Both the position numbers and the translations under genes were made by a program. Under the pieces are notes generated by a model. That model was given only the letters and a program-made list of their open reading frames with translations. It did not search any database and was not told where the DNA came from. This document shows positions 17,569-27,139 of a stretch of 44,666 nt of DNA, piece by piece. Position 1 is the stretch's first letter. Every line of letters begins with the position of its first letter. The stretch is taken from positions 1-44,666 of the forward strand of contig JBMFQU010000002.1 of NCBI GenBank assembly GCA_049968435.1, written 5' to 3'. Source of the stretch: Brevinematia bacterium (GTDB lineage: Bacteria; Spirochaetota; Brevinematia; DTOW01).

Positions 17569-18648
17569 CTACTCTATAACTATACCCTTAGGATATGAAC
17601 CAAGTAATTTGACTGAAGAAGCATTATTTTCAACTTCCTTCATAAGTTTTTTTATTTTATCATCCATAATATGGCCTTCAAAATCTATGAAGAATAGATA
17701 ATCCCACAGCTTTATCCTTGAAGGACGAGATTCAATCTTGGTCATATTCACATTCATATCTTTAAAAGGTTTTATGAGATCAAATAAAGCGCCAGGTTTG
17801 TCCTTTATATAACACAATATAGTTGTTTTATCATTACCTGTGGGTTTAAGATCTCCCTCTCCTATAATCCAGAACCTTGTAGTGTTTGTAGGATCATCTT
17901 CTATATTGCTTGAAAGAATATTTAAACCATATTTCTTAGAGAGAATTTCATTACCTATAGAAGCTGAACCCTCCTCAGAGGAAGCAATTTTAGAAGCTTC
18001 AGAAGTACTCGAAGTTTCAATTATTTCAACGTCAGGCAAATTATTTTCAATCCACTCTTTACATTGACCTAAAGCTTGAGGATGAGAATATAGTTTTCTT
18101 ATTTTATCAATACTAGTTTCCTTAGATAACAAAGAAAGATGAATACGCAAATAAATTTCTCCTATTATCTTTAGATGAGAATCAACAAATTCATCAAGAG
18201 TTTGTACAACAACACCATTGTAGGAGTTTTCAATAGGAATTACCCCAACATCTGCTTTACCTTTAGAAACTTCCTTAAAAATCTCAGATATACTTCTTGT
18301 AGGGGCCTTTTCCACATCATACCCAAATCTCTTTACCACAGCTATATCTGAGAAAGTTCCTTCGGGCCCCAAAAAGGCAACTTTAATCCTACCTTGAACA
18401 TTCCTAGTCATTGAAACAATAAGTAAAAATATATCCTCAATGTACTCATACTTAAGCCCTTTTTCAATAGCAAGAGATCTAACCCTATCAATTACTTTAT
18501 TTTCTCTATCAGGGTAATATATCGAAAATCCTTTACCTTTTTTAACATTGCCAATCTCAATGGCAATATCTAACCTTCTCTTTATCAAATTAAGAATCTC
18601 TTCATCAATTTTCTCTATCTCCTCCCTCAACTTCTCAAGTTTTTCCAT
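17569..18648 (-). CDS. pheA: Bifunctional chorismate mutase / prephenate dehydratase (P-protein)
   Basis: N-terminal CM_2 helix region (LREEIEKIDEEILNLIKRR). PDT domain (VAFLGPEGTFS). TRF motif and ACT domain with ESRPS (TKIESRPSR). Confidence 0.9.
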   Translation of the reverse strand: MEKLEKLREEIEKIDEEILNLIKRRLDIAIEIGNVKKGKGFSIYYPDRENKVIDRVRSLAIEKGLKYEYIEDIFLLIVSMTRNVQGRIKVAFLGPEGTFSDIAVVKRFGYDVEKAPTRSISEIFKEVSKGKADVGVIPIENSYNGVVVQTLDEFVDSHLKIIGEIYLRIHLSLLSKETSIDKIRKLYSHPQALGQCKEWIENNLPDVEIIETSSTSEASKIASSEEGSASIGNEILSKKYGLNILSSNIEDDPTNTTRFWIIGEGDLKPTGNDKTTILCYIKDKPGALFDLIKPFKDMNVNMTKIESRPSRIKLWDYLFFIDFEGHIMDDKIKKLMKEVENNASSVKLLGSYPKGIVIE

Positions 18649-18649
18649 C

Positions 18650-19507
18650 TCAAACCTCCAGATCCATATCTAAAACTTTTTTCATACTCTCAAGAATATA
18701 ATTTTTCTCTTTTGATAAACCAAGAATTCTAAGGTATTCATTAGCTTTATTATCTCTTTTACTACTCAGGCCAACTTGTTTTAAATCATCAGAAATAAAG
18801 TTATATGAAAGCTCATTTGCAGCAGAGACAGCTAAAACATCATTTTTTATATCTGTAGGACTTTCTAAGGGATTATCATGATAAAGTATAACATCAGAAA
18901 TAAATTGAGGTAAATTCCAATAGTTAGCTAGCATATATCCTACACTATTGTGAGATATACCTATTAAATCTTCTTCACTCTGAGATATAGTTTTATCACT
19001 AAAAATAAAGTTTTTTAAGATTTGTACCTTATACTCTTTAATAACACTGCTTAAGACAACTTTTCCTATATCATGTAAGAGACCAGCAACAAAAAATCTT
19101 TCAGGATCGTGGTATTTTAACTTTTTAGCTATTACCCTAGCACCACTACCGACTAATATAGAATGTTCCCATAACCCCCTAAAATTACCAAACCAATATC
19201 CCGAAACATCTACATCCATAACAGACTTTATAGAAACAGCAAGACAAATACTTCTAACTGTATTGATTCCAAGCACTATAACAGCTTCTCTAACAGTAGC
19301 AATAGTTCTAGGGAAACCATAGTAAGCAGAATTCGCCATCTTTAAAACTTTAGCAACAAGGAGAGGATCTCTACTTAGTATGCTCTCTATATCTTGAATA
19401 CTAACTTCTGGATCTTCTAATTTCTCTAAAAGAATACTAACTACAAAAGGCAAAGGCGCTGTATTCTCTATTATTCTACTCCATCTAGAAACAACTTCTT
19501 TGTCCAT
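18650..19507 (-). CDS. HDOD domain signalling protein
   Basis: DPLLVAKVLKMANSAYYGFPRTIATVREAVIVLGINTVRSI is the HDOD signature. LLHDIGK follows it. Confidence 0.85.
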   Translation of the reverse strand: MDKEVVSRWSRIIENTAPLPFVVSILLEKLEDPEVSIQDIESILSRDPLLVAKVLKMANSAYYGFPRTIATVREAVIVLGINTVRSICLAVSIKSVMDVDVSGYWFGNFRGLWEHSILVGSGARVIAKKLKYHDPERFFVAGLLHDIGKVVLSSVIKEYKVQILKNFIFSDKTISQSEEDLIGISHNSVGYMLANYWNLPQFISDVILYHDNPLESPTDIKNDVLAVSAANELSYNFISDDLKQVGLSSKRDNKANEYLRILGLSKEKNYILESMKKVLDMDLEV

Positions 19508-19515
19508 AATAAATA

Positions 19516-19980
19516 TTATAAATAAACTGACTCAAAGACAACACTAAGAATTATATCCCCATAAGCACCCGAAAAAGAAACTTCTACACAAGGAGATGAA
19601 TAAGATATAACTCTACCCTTAGATCTACTAAAAATTGGATGAGAAATGGAATAATTTAATCCTTTTCTAAAAGTAGCTTCAATAAGTTTTGCATTAACAA
19701 TATTGCCAAATTCACCGATACCTGAAAGCAACATTTCTTCATCATCAGGCAACGCATCAACATTGTATATTTTCTTTATTATCTGGGTAGACAAATTTTC
19801 ATCAATTTCGTATATAACAATACCCTTAAAATCACCTTTTATTTTAAAATAAAAAGAGATTTTTTTCTCAATCTTCTTACCTGTTTTTAGATTAACTTTA
19901 TTCTTAACAATATCTATACCTATTTTTTGGCAAACATCAATGAGAGAATCTATAAAAGGATTAACTATTTCAAATCTCAT
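19516..19980 (-). CDS. CheX/CheC-like chemotaxis phosphatase-family protein
   Basis: I place the start at the ATG at 19980 with GGAGG 5 nt upstream. The track start is a TTG. The N-terminus NPFIDSLIDVCQKIGI and the size resemble CheX-like proteins. This is a tentative call. Confidence 0.45.
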   Translation of the reverse strand: MRFEIVNPFIDSLIDVCQKIGIDIVKNKVNLKTGKKIEKKISFYFKIKGDFKGIVIYEIDENLSTQIIKKIYNVDALPDDEEMLLSGIGEFGNIVNAKLIEATFRKGLNYSISHPIFSRSKGRVISYSSPCVEVSFSGAYGDIILSVVFESVYL

Positions 19981-20506
19981 ACATGCCTCCAAACTTATCA
20001 ATTAGAAGAAAAGAAATTATAGTTTTCGCATCTTTTATCTTATTTCCCTTTATCATATCTATAATCCTATTGTAATCAATAATCTCAACATCAGTAAACT
20101 CATCTTCATCAAGTTCTTTAGCTGTTTCCTCCAAATCTTTAGCAAAAACAATATGTATAACTTCTGAACTATAACCTACTGCAGGGTAATACTCAAAGAT
20201 CTTTTTAGCATACCTAGCATTATATCCTGTTTCTTCTCTCAGTTCTCTAATAGCTCCTTCTAATATGTCTTCACCTCTTTCCAATTTACCTGCTGGAACC
20301 TCATATATATAATCCCTTACTGGATATCTAAATTGTTTTATTAATACAAACTTATCCTGACCAAAGTAAGGTAATATAGCAACAGCATGAGGATAATCTA
20401 CATAATCTTTTACCATCTCCTTGCCATTATACTCAATCTTATCAGAACAAAACGAAAATGATCTACCTTTATACAATGTCTTCTGGCTAATAATTCTATA
20501 ATCCAT
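19970..20506 (-). CDS. NUDIX hydrolase (ADP-ribose pyrophosphatase-like)
   Basis: The Nudix box GKLERGEDILEGAIRELREETGY is intact. Size and N-terminal beta domain resemble NudF/ADPRase. Confidence 0.85.
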   Translation of the reverse strand: MDYRIISQKTLYKGRSFSFCSDKIEYNGKEMVKDYVDYPHAVAILPYFGQDKFVLIKQFRYPVRDYIYEVPAGKLERGEDILEGAIRELREETGYNARYAKKIFEYYPAVGYSSEVIHIVFAKDLEETAKELDEDEFTDVEIIDYNRIIDMIKGNKIKDAKTIISFLLIDKFGGMYEI

Positions 20507-20583
20507 ATAACTATATTATTTAGGAACATTGATCATTTTTAAAGTTTTTAAAGAAAATAATTAAAAAAGTAATTTTAAAAATA

Positions 20584-20613
20584 TTGAATAATAACCTCAA
20601 GGTAGTTTAATAT
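20584..20613 (+). promoter_or_regulatory. Candidate sigma70-type promoter for the macro-domain gene, implying a near-leaderless mRNA
   Basis: TTGAAT (20584-20589), 18-nt spacer, TAATAT (20608-20613). The ATG at 20625 lies only 11 nt after the -10 box, and no SD sequence is present. Confidence 0.3.
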
Positions 20614-20624
20614 AAACCCTTGAT

Positions 20625-21170
20625 ATGACTAGAGAATTTCTTAATGGTCTTGTAGTTGTCAAAGTAGGAGACATTACAGAAGAAGATGTATGTGCTATTG
20701 TAAATGCTGCAAATTCTTCTTTGATGGGTGGTGGTGGAGTAGATGGTGCTATCCACAGAAAAGGTGGACCAGAAATCCTTGAAGAGTGTAAGAAAATAAG
20801 GCAAACACAGTACCCTAACGGATTACCAGTAGGCGAAGCTGTAGCAACAACAGCAGGTAACCTTAAAGCAAAATATGTAATACATACAGTAGGTCCTATA
20901 TGGTATGGAGGAAATCAAGATGAAGAAAAATTACTAGCAAACGCTTACAGAAATAGCCTAAAGTTAGCAGAAGAATTAGGTTGCAAAACAATTTCATTCC
21001 CAGCAATATCAACAGGCGCGTATGGATATCCAAAAGAGAAAGCAGCAGAAGTTGTATGTAAAGTTCTAAAAGAATATTCAAGTTCTCCAAAACTAAAAAA
21101 AATTAATCTAGTATTCTTCTCCCAGCAAGACTTTGATATATTCGTTAGAGTAGCAGAGAGTTTTATATAA
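20625..21170 (+). CDS. Macro domain protein (O-acetyl-ADP-ribose deacetylase, YmdB-like)
   Basis: [34 protein letters not shown] and the later [12 protein letters not shown] are canonical macro-domain motifs. Confidence 0.9.
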   Translation: MTREFLNGLVVVKVGDITEEDVCAIVNAANSSLMGGGGVDGAIHRKGGPEILEECKKIRQTQYPNGLPVGEAVATTAGNLKAKYVIHTVGPIWYGGNQDEEKLLANAYRNSLKLAEELGCKTISFPAISTGAYGYPKEKAAEVVCKVLKEYSSSPKLKKINLVFFSQQDFDIFVRVAESFI

Positions 21171-22346
21171 ATGGAACAAGAAAAGATACTTTTTTACCTA
21201 TACTTCTCAATATTATTTGGTACAATCCTTTACATGGTAAGCATAATATCATTTGCCTACTTTTCCAAAACAAAAAGATTAAAAATTATTTCAATAAATG
21301 CAGTTATGGCATCAATAGGTTACATAATAGGATCAACAGGTATATTTTTATTAAAGGACAGCAACTTTGTATTCTTTTTTGGTAGCTTAGTTTATTTCAC
21401 TAAATTTTTCTTTGAAACAAAAATGTCAAATTCATTAAACTACTCCTCAAAAAACTACCTTATATTCCATATAGTAAATGGAATTCTAGTTATAATTTTA
21501 ATACTATTACCTTTCTTAAAAGTTAATAACAATTTAATCTACATATTCATTGTAATACTGAATAACATTTCTATAAGCACAGGATGGTTTTTAACTAAAA
21601 ATCTAAGAATATTAAGTATAAATAATATTATTTCTATACTTTTTATACTCGTACTCTACCAGTTACCTTACCTTGGAATACTTTTTTCGTTCATACCCTA
21701 TGCAATAAATTCAATATACATAACTTCAAAGGAATATCTAAATACTGTAAAATCCCTAGAAGTGCTAAGCGAGCACAAAGATATCATAATAGAATCAAAA
21801 TTATCACAATTTAAAGATTTCATATACAATCTAATAAATAGGGTTGAAGCAAGATATCCTCAAAGGAAAATGCACTCAATAAATGTAACAAACATCGCGG
21901 TAGGAATAAGTCTAGAACTAAACCTTGAGGATAAAATAATACAAACAATAAAAGAAGGAAGTATGATACATGATATAGGATTCATTGGAATAGATCATCG
22001 CAAATTAGGAAAAGGTGAAGAAGATCCAGAAATAATAAAACATATTTGGATAGGAAGATACATTTTAGAAAACAGTAATATATTTATAAAATACATACCA
22101 ATGGTACTTTACCACCACGAAAGAAACGATGGCAGTGGCCCTGAAAGATTAACTGAAAATATAATACCTCTACATGTTAAGATTTTAATAGTTGCAGATA
22201 AATTTGAAAGGTTAATAAACGGAAGAGATGGAGAGAAGCTTTCAATAAGTGAAAGCATTAAATTCTTAAAAAAGAACACTGACAAATATGACATAAACAT
22301 TGTAAATGCACTGGAAAGATTCGTAATGAAGAAGTATTATTACTGA
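21171..22346 (+). CDS. Membrane sensor with C-terminal HD-GYP-type phosphohydrolase domain (divergent GYP)
   Basis: About 200 aa of multi-TM N-terminus. It is followed by HSINVTNIAV...MIHDIGF...LYHHERNDGSGPERL...ADKFERL. The canonical HHExxDGxGYP reads GSGPE here. Confidence 0.7.
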   Translation: MEQEKILFYLYFSILFGTILYMVSIISFAYFSKTKRLKIISINAVMASIGYIIGSTGIFLLKDSNFVFFFGSLVYFTKFFFETKMSNSLNYSSKNYLIFHIVNGILVIILILLPFLKVNNNLIYIFIVILNNISISTGWFLTKNLRILSINNIISILFILVLYQLPYLGILFSFIPYAINSIYITSKEYLNTVKSLEVLSEHKDIIIESKLSQFKDFIYNLINRVEARYPQRKMHSINVTNIAVGISLELNLEDKIIQTIKEGSMIHDIGFIGIDHRKLGKGEEDPEIIKHIWIGRYILENSNIFIKYIPMVLYHHERNDGSGPERLTENIIPLHVKILIVADKFERLINGRDGEKLSISESIKFLKKNTDKYDINIVNALERFVMKKYYY

Positions 22347-24142
22347 TTTATTTTCATAACTTCCAAAAATGCTTCCTGAGGAATACTTACATTACCAATC
22401 ATCTTAAGTTTCTTTTTACCTTCTTTTTGCTTCTCAAGTAATTTCCTTTTTCTAGTAACATCGCCACCATAACATTTTGCTGTTACATCTTTTCTAAGGG
22501 GAGAAATATCTTCTCTTGCTATTATCTTACTACCAATAGCAGCCTGAATAGCAATAGGGAAAAGATGCTTAGGTATAAGTTTTTGAAGTTTTTTAACAAG
22601 TTCTCTCCCTTTGTAATGTGCTGAATCTCTGTGTACCAAAAACGATAAAGCATCAACGGGTTTACCATTAACTAATATATCAAGTTTTACAATGTCAGAT
22701 TCTCTATAACCTATAAGCTCATAGTCCATTGAAGCATAACCAGAGCTAACACTCTTTAAAGTATCAAAAAAACCATATATTACCTCAGCAAGGGGCATTT
22801 CATACTTAAGCTCAACTCTTTTACTATCGATGTAAGAGATAGTTTTTTGTTCTCCTCTTTTACTTCTAACTAATTCTATAATGTTACCTAAATAAGTTTC
22901 AAGAGTAATTATTGAAACTAATACATAAGGTTCTTCTATACTATCAATCTTTGTAGGATCTGGCATTTCCATAGGGTTTTCAATAAATATAGATGTTCCA
23001 TCTTTGAGATTAACCTTATACTTTACAGTAGGCATAGTACTTACAACAGATACGCCAAATTCTGTATCAAGTCTCTCCATAACTATTTGCATATGTAATA
23101 AACCTAAAAACCCACATTTAAAACCCATCCCCATACTAATAGAATTAATAGGTTCAAATGTTATCGAAGCATCAGTAAGTTTTAACTTATACATAACTTC
23201 TTTGAGATCATTGAAGTCTTCATTTTCAGTAGGGAATATACAAGCAAATACCATAGGCTTAGGTTCTCTATAACCAGGTAGAGGAGCATCTGTAGGATTA
23301 CTAAATAGAGTTATAGTATCACCAACAGAAAAATCCGAAATTGATCTTATATTACCTATAAGATAACCAACTTCACCCGCTGCAAGGTTATCCTTCTTTA
23401 TAAACTTTAAAGCAATATATCCAACTTCCTCAACCTTATACTTTTTTTGTCCTCCCATAAATAGTATTTCATCTCCAGGATGGACAACTCCATCAAAAAC
23501 TCTTATTTTAGCAACAACACCTTTGTAGTTATCGTAAAATGAATCGAAAACTAATGCCTTCAAAGGTTTATCAATTCTTCCTTTAGGATGAGGGATTCTT
23601 CTTACAATCGCTTCCATTACATCTTGAATTCCTATTCCTTCTTTAGCGCTTATCAAAATAGCATCATCAGCAGGTATACCTAACTCATTCTCTATTTCTC
23701 TTTTAGTAGATTCAATATCAGCGCTAGGTAGATCAATTTTATTTATGACTGGAACTATCTCCAATCCTTCTTCAAAAGCAAGTAGAAAATTAGTAAGAGT
23801 TTGAGCTTGAACTCCTTGAGTAGCATCAACTAACAATAAAGCACCTTCGCAAGCTTTTAGTGCTCTTTTAACTTCAAAGTTAAAATCAACATGCCCTGGA
23901 GTATCTATAAGATTAAAAAGATAGGTATTTCCATCCTTAGATCTATATTCAAATGTTGCTGATTGAGCTTTCACAGTAATTCCATGTTCTCTCTCAACTG
24001 GCATAAAATCTAAAGCAGGTGCATCATCATTTGTCTTTTCTTTAACCCCCCCAAGTTCCAAAAGTCTATCAGCAAGAGTAGATTTACCGTGATCTATATG
24101 CGCAATTATTGAAAAATTTCTTATTCTTGTAATATCAAACAT
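22340..24142 (-). CDS. lepA: Elongation factor 4 (LepA)
   Basis: 600 aa. N-terminus is IRNFSIIAHIDHGKSTLADRLL, with DTPGHVDF and NKID GTPase motifs and the LepA-specific C-terminal domain. Confidence 0.95.
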   Translation of the reverse strand: MFDITRIRNFSIIAHIDHGKSTLADRLLELGGVKEKTNDDAPALDFMPVEREHGITVKAQSATFEYRSKDGNTYLFNLIDTPGHVDFNFEVKRALKACEGALLLVDATQGVQAQTLTNFLLAFEEGLEIVPVINKIDLPSADIESTKREIENELGIPADDAILISAKEGIGIQDVMEAIVRRIPHPKGRIDKPLKALVFDSFYDNYKGVVAKIRVFDGVVHPGDEILFMGGQKKYKVEEVGYIALKFIKKDNLAAGEVGYLIGNIRSISDFSVGDTITLFSNPTDAPLPGYREPKPMVFACIFPTENEDFNDLKEVMYKLKLTDASITFEPINSISMGMGFKCGFLGLLHMQIVMERLDTEFGVSVVSTMPTVKYKVNLKDGTSIFIENPMEMPDPTKIDSIEEPYVLVSIITLETYLGNIIELVRSKRGEQKTISYIDSKRVELKYEMPLAEVIYGFFDTLKSVSSGYASMDYELIGYRESDIVKLDILVNGKPVDALSFLVHRDSAHYKGRELVKKLQKLIPKHLFPIAIQAAIGSKIIAREDISPLRKDVTAKCYGGDVTRKRKLLEKQKEGKKKLKMIGNVSIPQEAFLEVMKINQ

Positions 24143-24187
24143 AATTCCATTAATTCTATAAGTTTATTTTATTTCTTATCAATCAAA

Positions 24188-24300
24188 GCTTAGAAATTAA
24201 ATTTTTGCTTCTCGTCCACATACTCTATTAGTGAGGGCTTTGACTTTATTTAGTGATAAATCTCATTTTTAAATTACAAATTCCTAATCCTAAATTCACA
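24188..24300 (+). repeat. Degenerate single unit of the mosaic repeat plus AT-rich terminal box
   Basis: ttagaaattaaatttttgcttctcgtccacatactctattagtgagggctttgac keeps the leader and a decayed C-box. The terminal box acaaattcctaatcctaaattcaca is at 24276-24300. Confidence 0.5.
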
Positions 24301-24306
24301 AGTTAG

Positions 24307-25458
24307 TTAAGTAGATTTTATTATATCAATCTTATTTTTCGCTACTTCCTTTACAGAAAAATTCTTAGCCCTATCAATTAAGTAATTTCTAAGCCTTTCT
24401 TTAGAAAAAACACCACTATAGAAACCTTCTAGAATTCTAGCAAGATCCTCAGGATCATCTTCTTTGAATATAAATCTACTATCTCCTATAACTGCTGGTA
24501 TCTCCCCCGAAGATGATCCAACACAAGGCGTACCACAAGCCATAGATTCAACAAGAACTCTCCCAAATTGCTCTTTCCACCAAGATTTAGTCCTTGAAGG
24601 CAAAACTAAAACATCTATTGCTTTATAAAATTCAAATATTTTATCTAGATTCAAAGAACCTAAGAAAAAAACTTTAACCTCTAACCTTTCAGAAATATCC
24701 ATAAGTTCCTTGTAGTAATTCGAACTTGTATCAATGCCACCAACTATATACAAAGCAATGTCCTCTTTACCTTTCTCTTTCATTATACGCATAGCAAAAA
24801 GTATTATGTCTATTCCTTTCTCTTCAGCTATCCTACCTACATAACCTATCTTTAATTTAAAATCCTGAGCCTCTGGCAAAAAAATACTTTTTGACTCTTG
24901 AGAATTAATTGAAAAAATATAATCATCAACAAAATAAGAAGTGGTAAAGATGTTTTTATTATACCCTTTCTTTCTATAAACTTCTTTACCATCAACTGAA
25001 GGTACAACAACTAGAGAATCAGAATTTTTCAAAGAAAACCATTCAAACAATCCAAAAGGGAATGGATGCTTTTTAAAGATATTTTCATCACTTTCGATAA
25101 CAATTTTTGATTTTGGAGATAAGAGTTTCGCAAGAAGCACAACAGAGAAACAGGCAGTAGAATAAGGCTCTTCCTTTATATAAATAACATCAAATTTTTC
25201 TTTAAATATAATAGCCCCAATCTTGAGAAGATTTAAATAAAAAAACGCCCTTACGTGATTAGTAAAAATAGTTTTGAGAGGATAGACCTTATAAAGACTA
25301 TCAAAATCGATGTATTCAAAACTTTGATATTTTGCAGCCTCATACCAAGACGAAGAAGTTATTATAGTGAGTTCAATATTACCATCTTGAACCATCTCTT
25401 TAAAAAGTTTCCTATAGTTTTTTTCAACGGCACCATGCCAAATAAACAAAACTCTCAT
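24307..25458 (-). CDS. Glycosyltransferase family 4 (GT-B)
   Basis: The C-terminal EQFGRVLVESMACGTPCVGSSSGEIPAVIGD matches the GT4 E-x7-E region. Confidence 0.85.
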   Translation of the reverse strand: MRVLFIWHGAVEKNYRKLFKEMVQDGNIELTIITSSSWYEAAKYQSFEYIDFDSLYKVYPLKTIFTNHVRAFFYLNLLKIGAIIFKEKFDVIYIKEEPYSTACFSVVLLAKLLSPKSKIVIESDENIFKKHPFPFGLFEWFSLKNSDSLVVVPSVDGKEVYRKKGYNKNIFTTSYFVDDYIFSINSQESKSIFLPEAQDFKLKIGYVGRIAEEKGIDIILFAMRIMKEKGKEDIALYIVGGIDTSSNYYKELMDISERLEVKVFFLGSLNLDKIFEFYKAIDVLVLPSRTKSWWKEQFGRVLVESMACGTPCVGSSSGEIPAVIGDSRFIFKEDDPEDLARILEGFYSGVFSKERLRNYLIDRAKNFSVKEVAKNKIDIIKST

Positions 25459-25511
25459 AACTCCAGCATTTTATAAAATGGGAAAATATAATCTCAAATA
25501 AAAGGAATAAT

Positions 25512-25612
25512 CCTTAGAAAACTCTTCTTGCTTCTCACCTACCTTGTAAAGCGTAATAGGACTATTCAACTCTTACAAATTCAAAATCATAAATCACAAA
25601 TTCTAATAAAAT
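25512..25612 (+). repeat. Degenerate single unit of the mosaic repeat plus AT-rich terminal box
   Basis: ccttagaaaactcttcttgcttctcacctaccttgtaaagcg keeps the leader and a decayed C-box. The terminal box is at 25575-25610 (acaaattcaaaatcataaatcacaaattctaataaa). Confidence 0.45.
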
Positions 25613-25746
25613 TTTAGAAAGTATATTCAGTATTCTTTCATCCTAAAGAAAAAAATAAAATCTTAAAGTCATAAAAGATAATAATTAGCAAATCTCTAAG
25701 AAATATATTTAAAATTCGATAAAGTAAATAAAAGGAGAACTAAAAC

Positions 25747-27138
25747 ATGGGTGAAGGTAGATTTGAAAAAACTATTGCTTGTATAGGAGCAGGTTACGTA
25801 GGCGGACCAACGATGGCTGTTATTGCTTATAAATGCCCTAAATACAAAGTAATTGTAGTTGATATTAGCGAAGAAAGGATAAGGAGATGGAATTCAGATT
25901 TACTACCTGTTTATGAACCTGGATTAGATGAAATAGTGAAAGAAGTAAGAGGTAAAAACTTATTCTTCTCAACTGATATAGAAAACGCAATAAAAGAAGC
26001 TAGCATAATATTCGTTAGTGTAAACACACCTACTAAAGAATATGGCGAAGGCAAAGGAATGGCAGCAGATCTTTCATACTTAGAAAATTCAGCAAGGCAA
26101 ATATTAAAATACGCAAATTCAGACAAGATAATCGTAGAAAAAAGTACAGTACCGGTAAGAGCAGCAGAAGCAATTGAGAGAGTTTTATCAACTTCAGAAA
26201 AATATAAGTTTGAAGTAATTTCAAATCCAGAATTCCTAGCAGAAGGTAGCGCTATAAAGGATCTATTAAACCCAGATAGAGTACTAATAGGATCAAAAGA
26301 AACACCTTCTGGTATAAAAGCTAGAGAAGAAATAGTCAAGATATATGAAAATTGGGTACCTAGAGAAAAAATAATAACTTCAAACATATGGAGTAGTGAA
26401 TTATCAAAACTAGCAGCAAACGCATTTTTGGCTCAGAGAATATCTTCAATAAACGCAATTTCAGCATTATGCGAAAAGGTAGGTGCAGATATTGATGAAG
26501 TAGCAAAAAATATTGGAATGGACAATAGAATAGGTCCTAAATTCTTAAAGGCTAGCGTAGGATTTGGGGGATCTTGTTTCAAAAAGGATATTCTAAATCT
26601 CGTTTACATCTGTAAAACATACGGACTTAATGAAGTTGCAGACTATTGGCTAAGAGTAGTTGAAATAAACGAATACCAGAAATCAAGATTTGTAATAAAT
26701 ATGATAAGAGAAATGTCAAACACTCTAGCGAATAAGAAAATAGCAGTTTTCGGATTTGCATTTAAGGCAAACACGAATGACACAAGAGAAAGTGCCGCAA
26801 TCACTATAGTTAGAAAACTATTAGAAGAAAGGGCAATCGTTAATATAACAGATCCAAAAGCTTTAGAAAATGCTAGAAAAGACCTTGAAGGGGTAAAAGG
26901 AATAGTAAATTACATAGAAGATCCATATGAAGCAGTCAAAGATGCTGATGCCATTGCAGTATTAACTGAATGGGAAATCTTTAAAAAACTAGATTATGAA
27001 AAAATATATACTATGATGAGGAAACCTGCTTTTATATTTGATGGAAGAAATATACTTGATCATAATTTACTTTACAAAATGGGTTTTAATGTCTACCCTA
27101 TAGGTAAACCACCTTTAACACATTTTGAGAGGTTCTAA
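25747..27138 (+). CDS. ugd: UDP-glucose 6-dehydrogenase
   Basis: NAD motif [13 protein letters not shown]. Catalytic-Cys motif [10 protein letters not shown]. Long (463 aa) form. AAGGAG RBS upstream. Confidence 0.95.
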   Translation: MGEGRFEKTIACIGAGYVGGPTMAVIAYKCPKYKVIVVDISEERIRRWNSDLLPVYEPGLDEIVKEVRGKNLFFSTDIENAIKEASIIFVSVNTPTKEYGEGKGMAADLSYLENSARQILKYANSDKIIVEKSTVPVRAAEAIERVLSTSEKYKFEVISNPEFLAEGSAIKDLLNPDRVLIGSKETPSGIKAREEIVKIYENWVPREKIITSNIWSSELSKLAANAFLAQRISSINAISALCEKVGADIDEVAKNIGMDNRIGPKFLKASVGFGGSCFKKDILNLVYICKTYGLNEVADYWLRVVEINEYQKSRFVINMIREMSNTLANKKIAVFGFAFKANTNDTRESAAITIVRKLLEERAIVNITDPKALENARKDLEGVKGIVNYIEDPYEAVKDADAIAVLTEWEIFKKLDYEKIYTMMRKPAFIFDGRNILDHNLLYKMGFNVYPIGKPPLTHFERF

Positions 27139-27139
27139 A

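Noticed and set aside
25911-26387. 158-aa ORF antisense to ugd, plus the 63-aa ORF at 26033-26224
   Set aside because: It lies entirely within, and antisense to, a very well-supported ugd gene. It has low-complexity composition and no RBS. This is a typical shadow ORF of purine-rich coding DNA.
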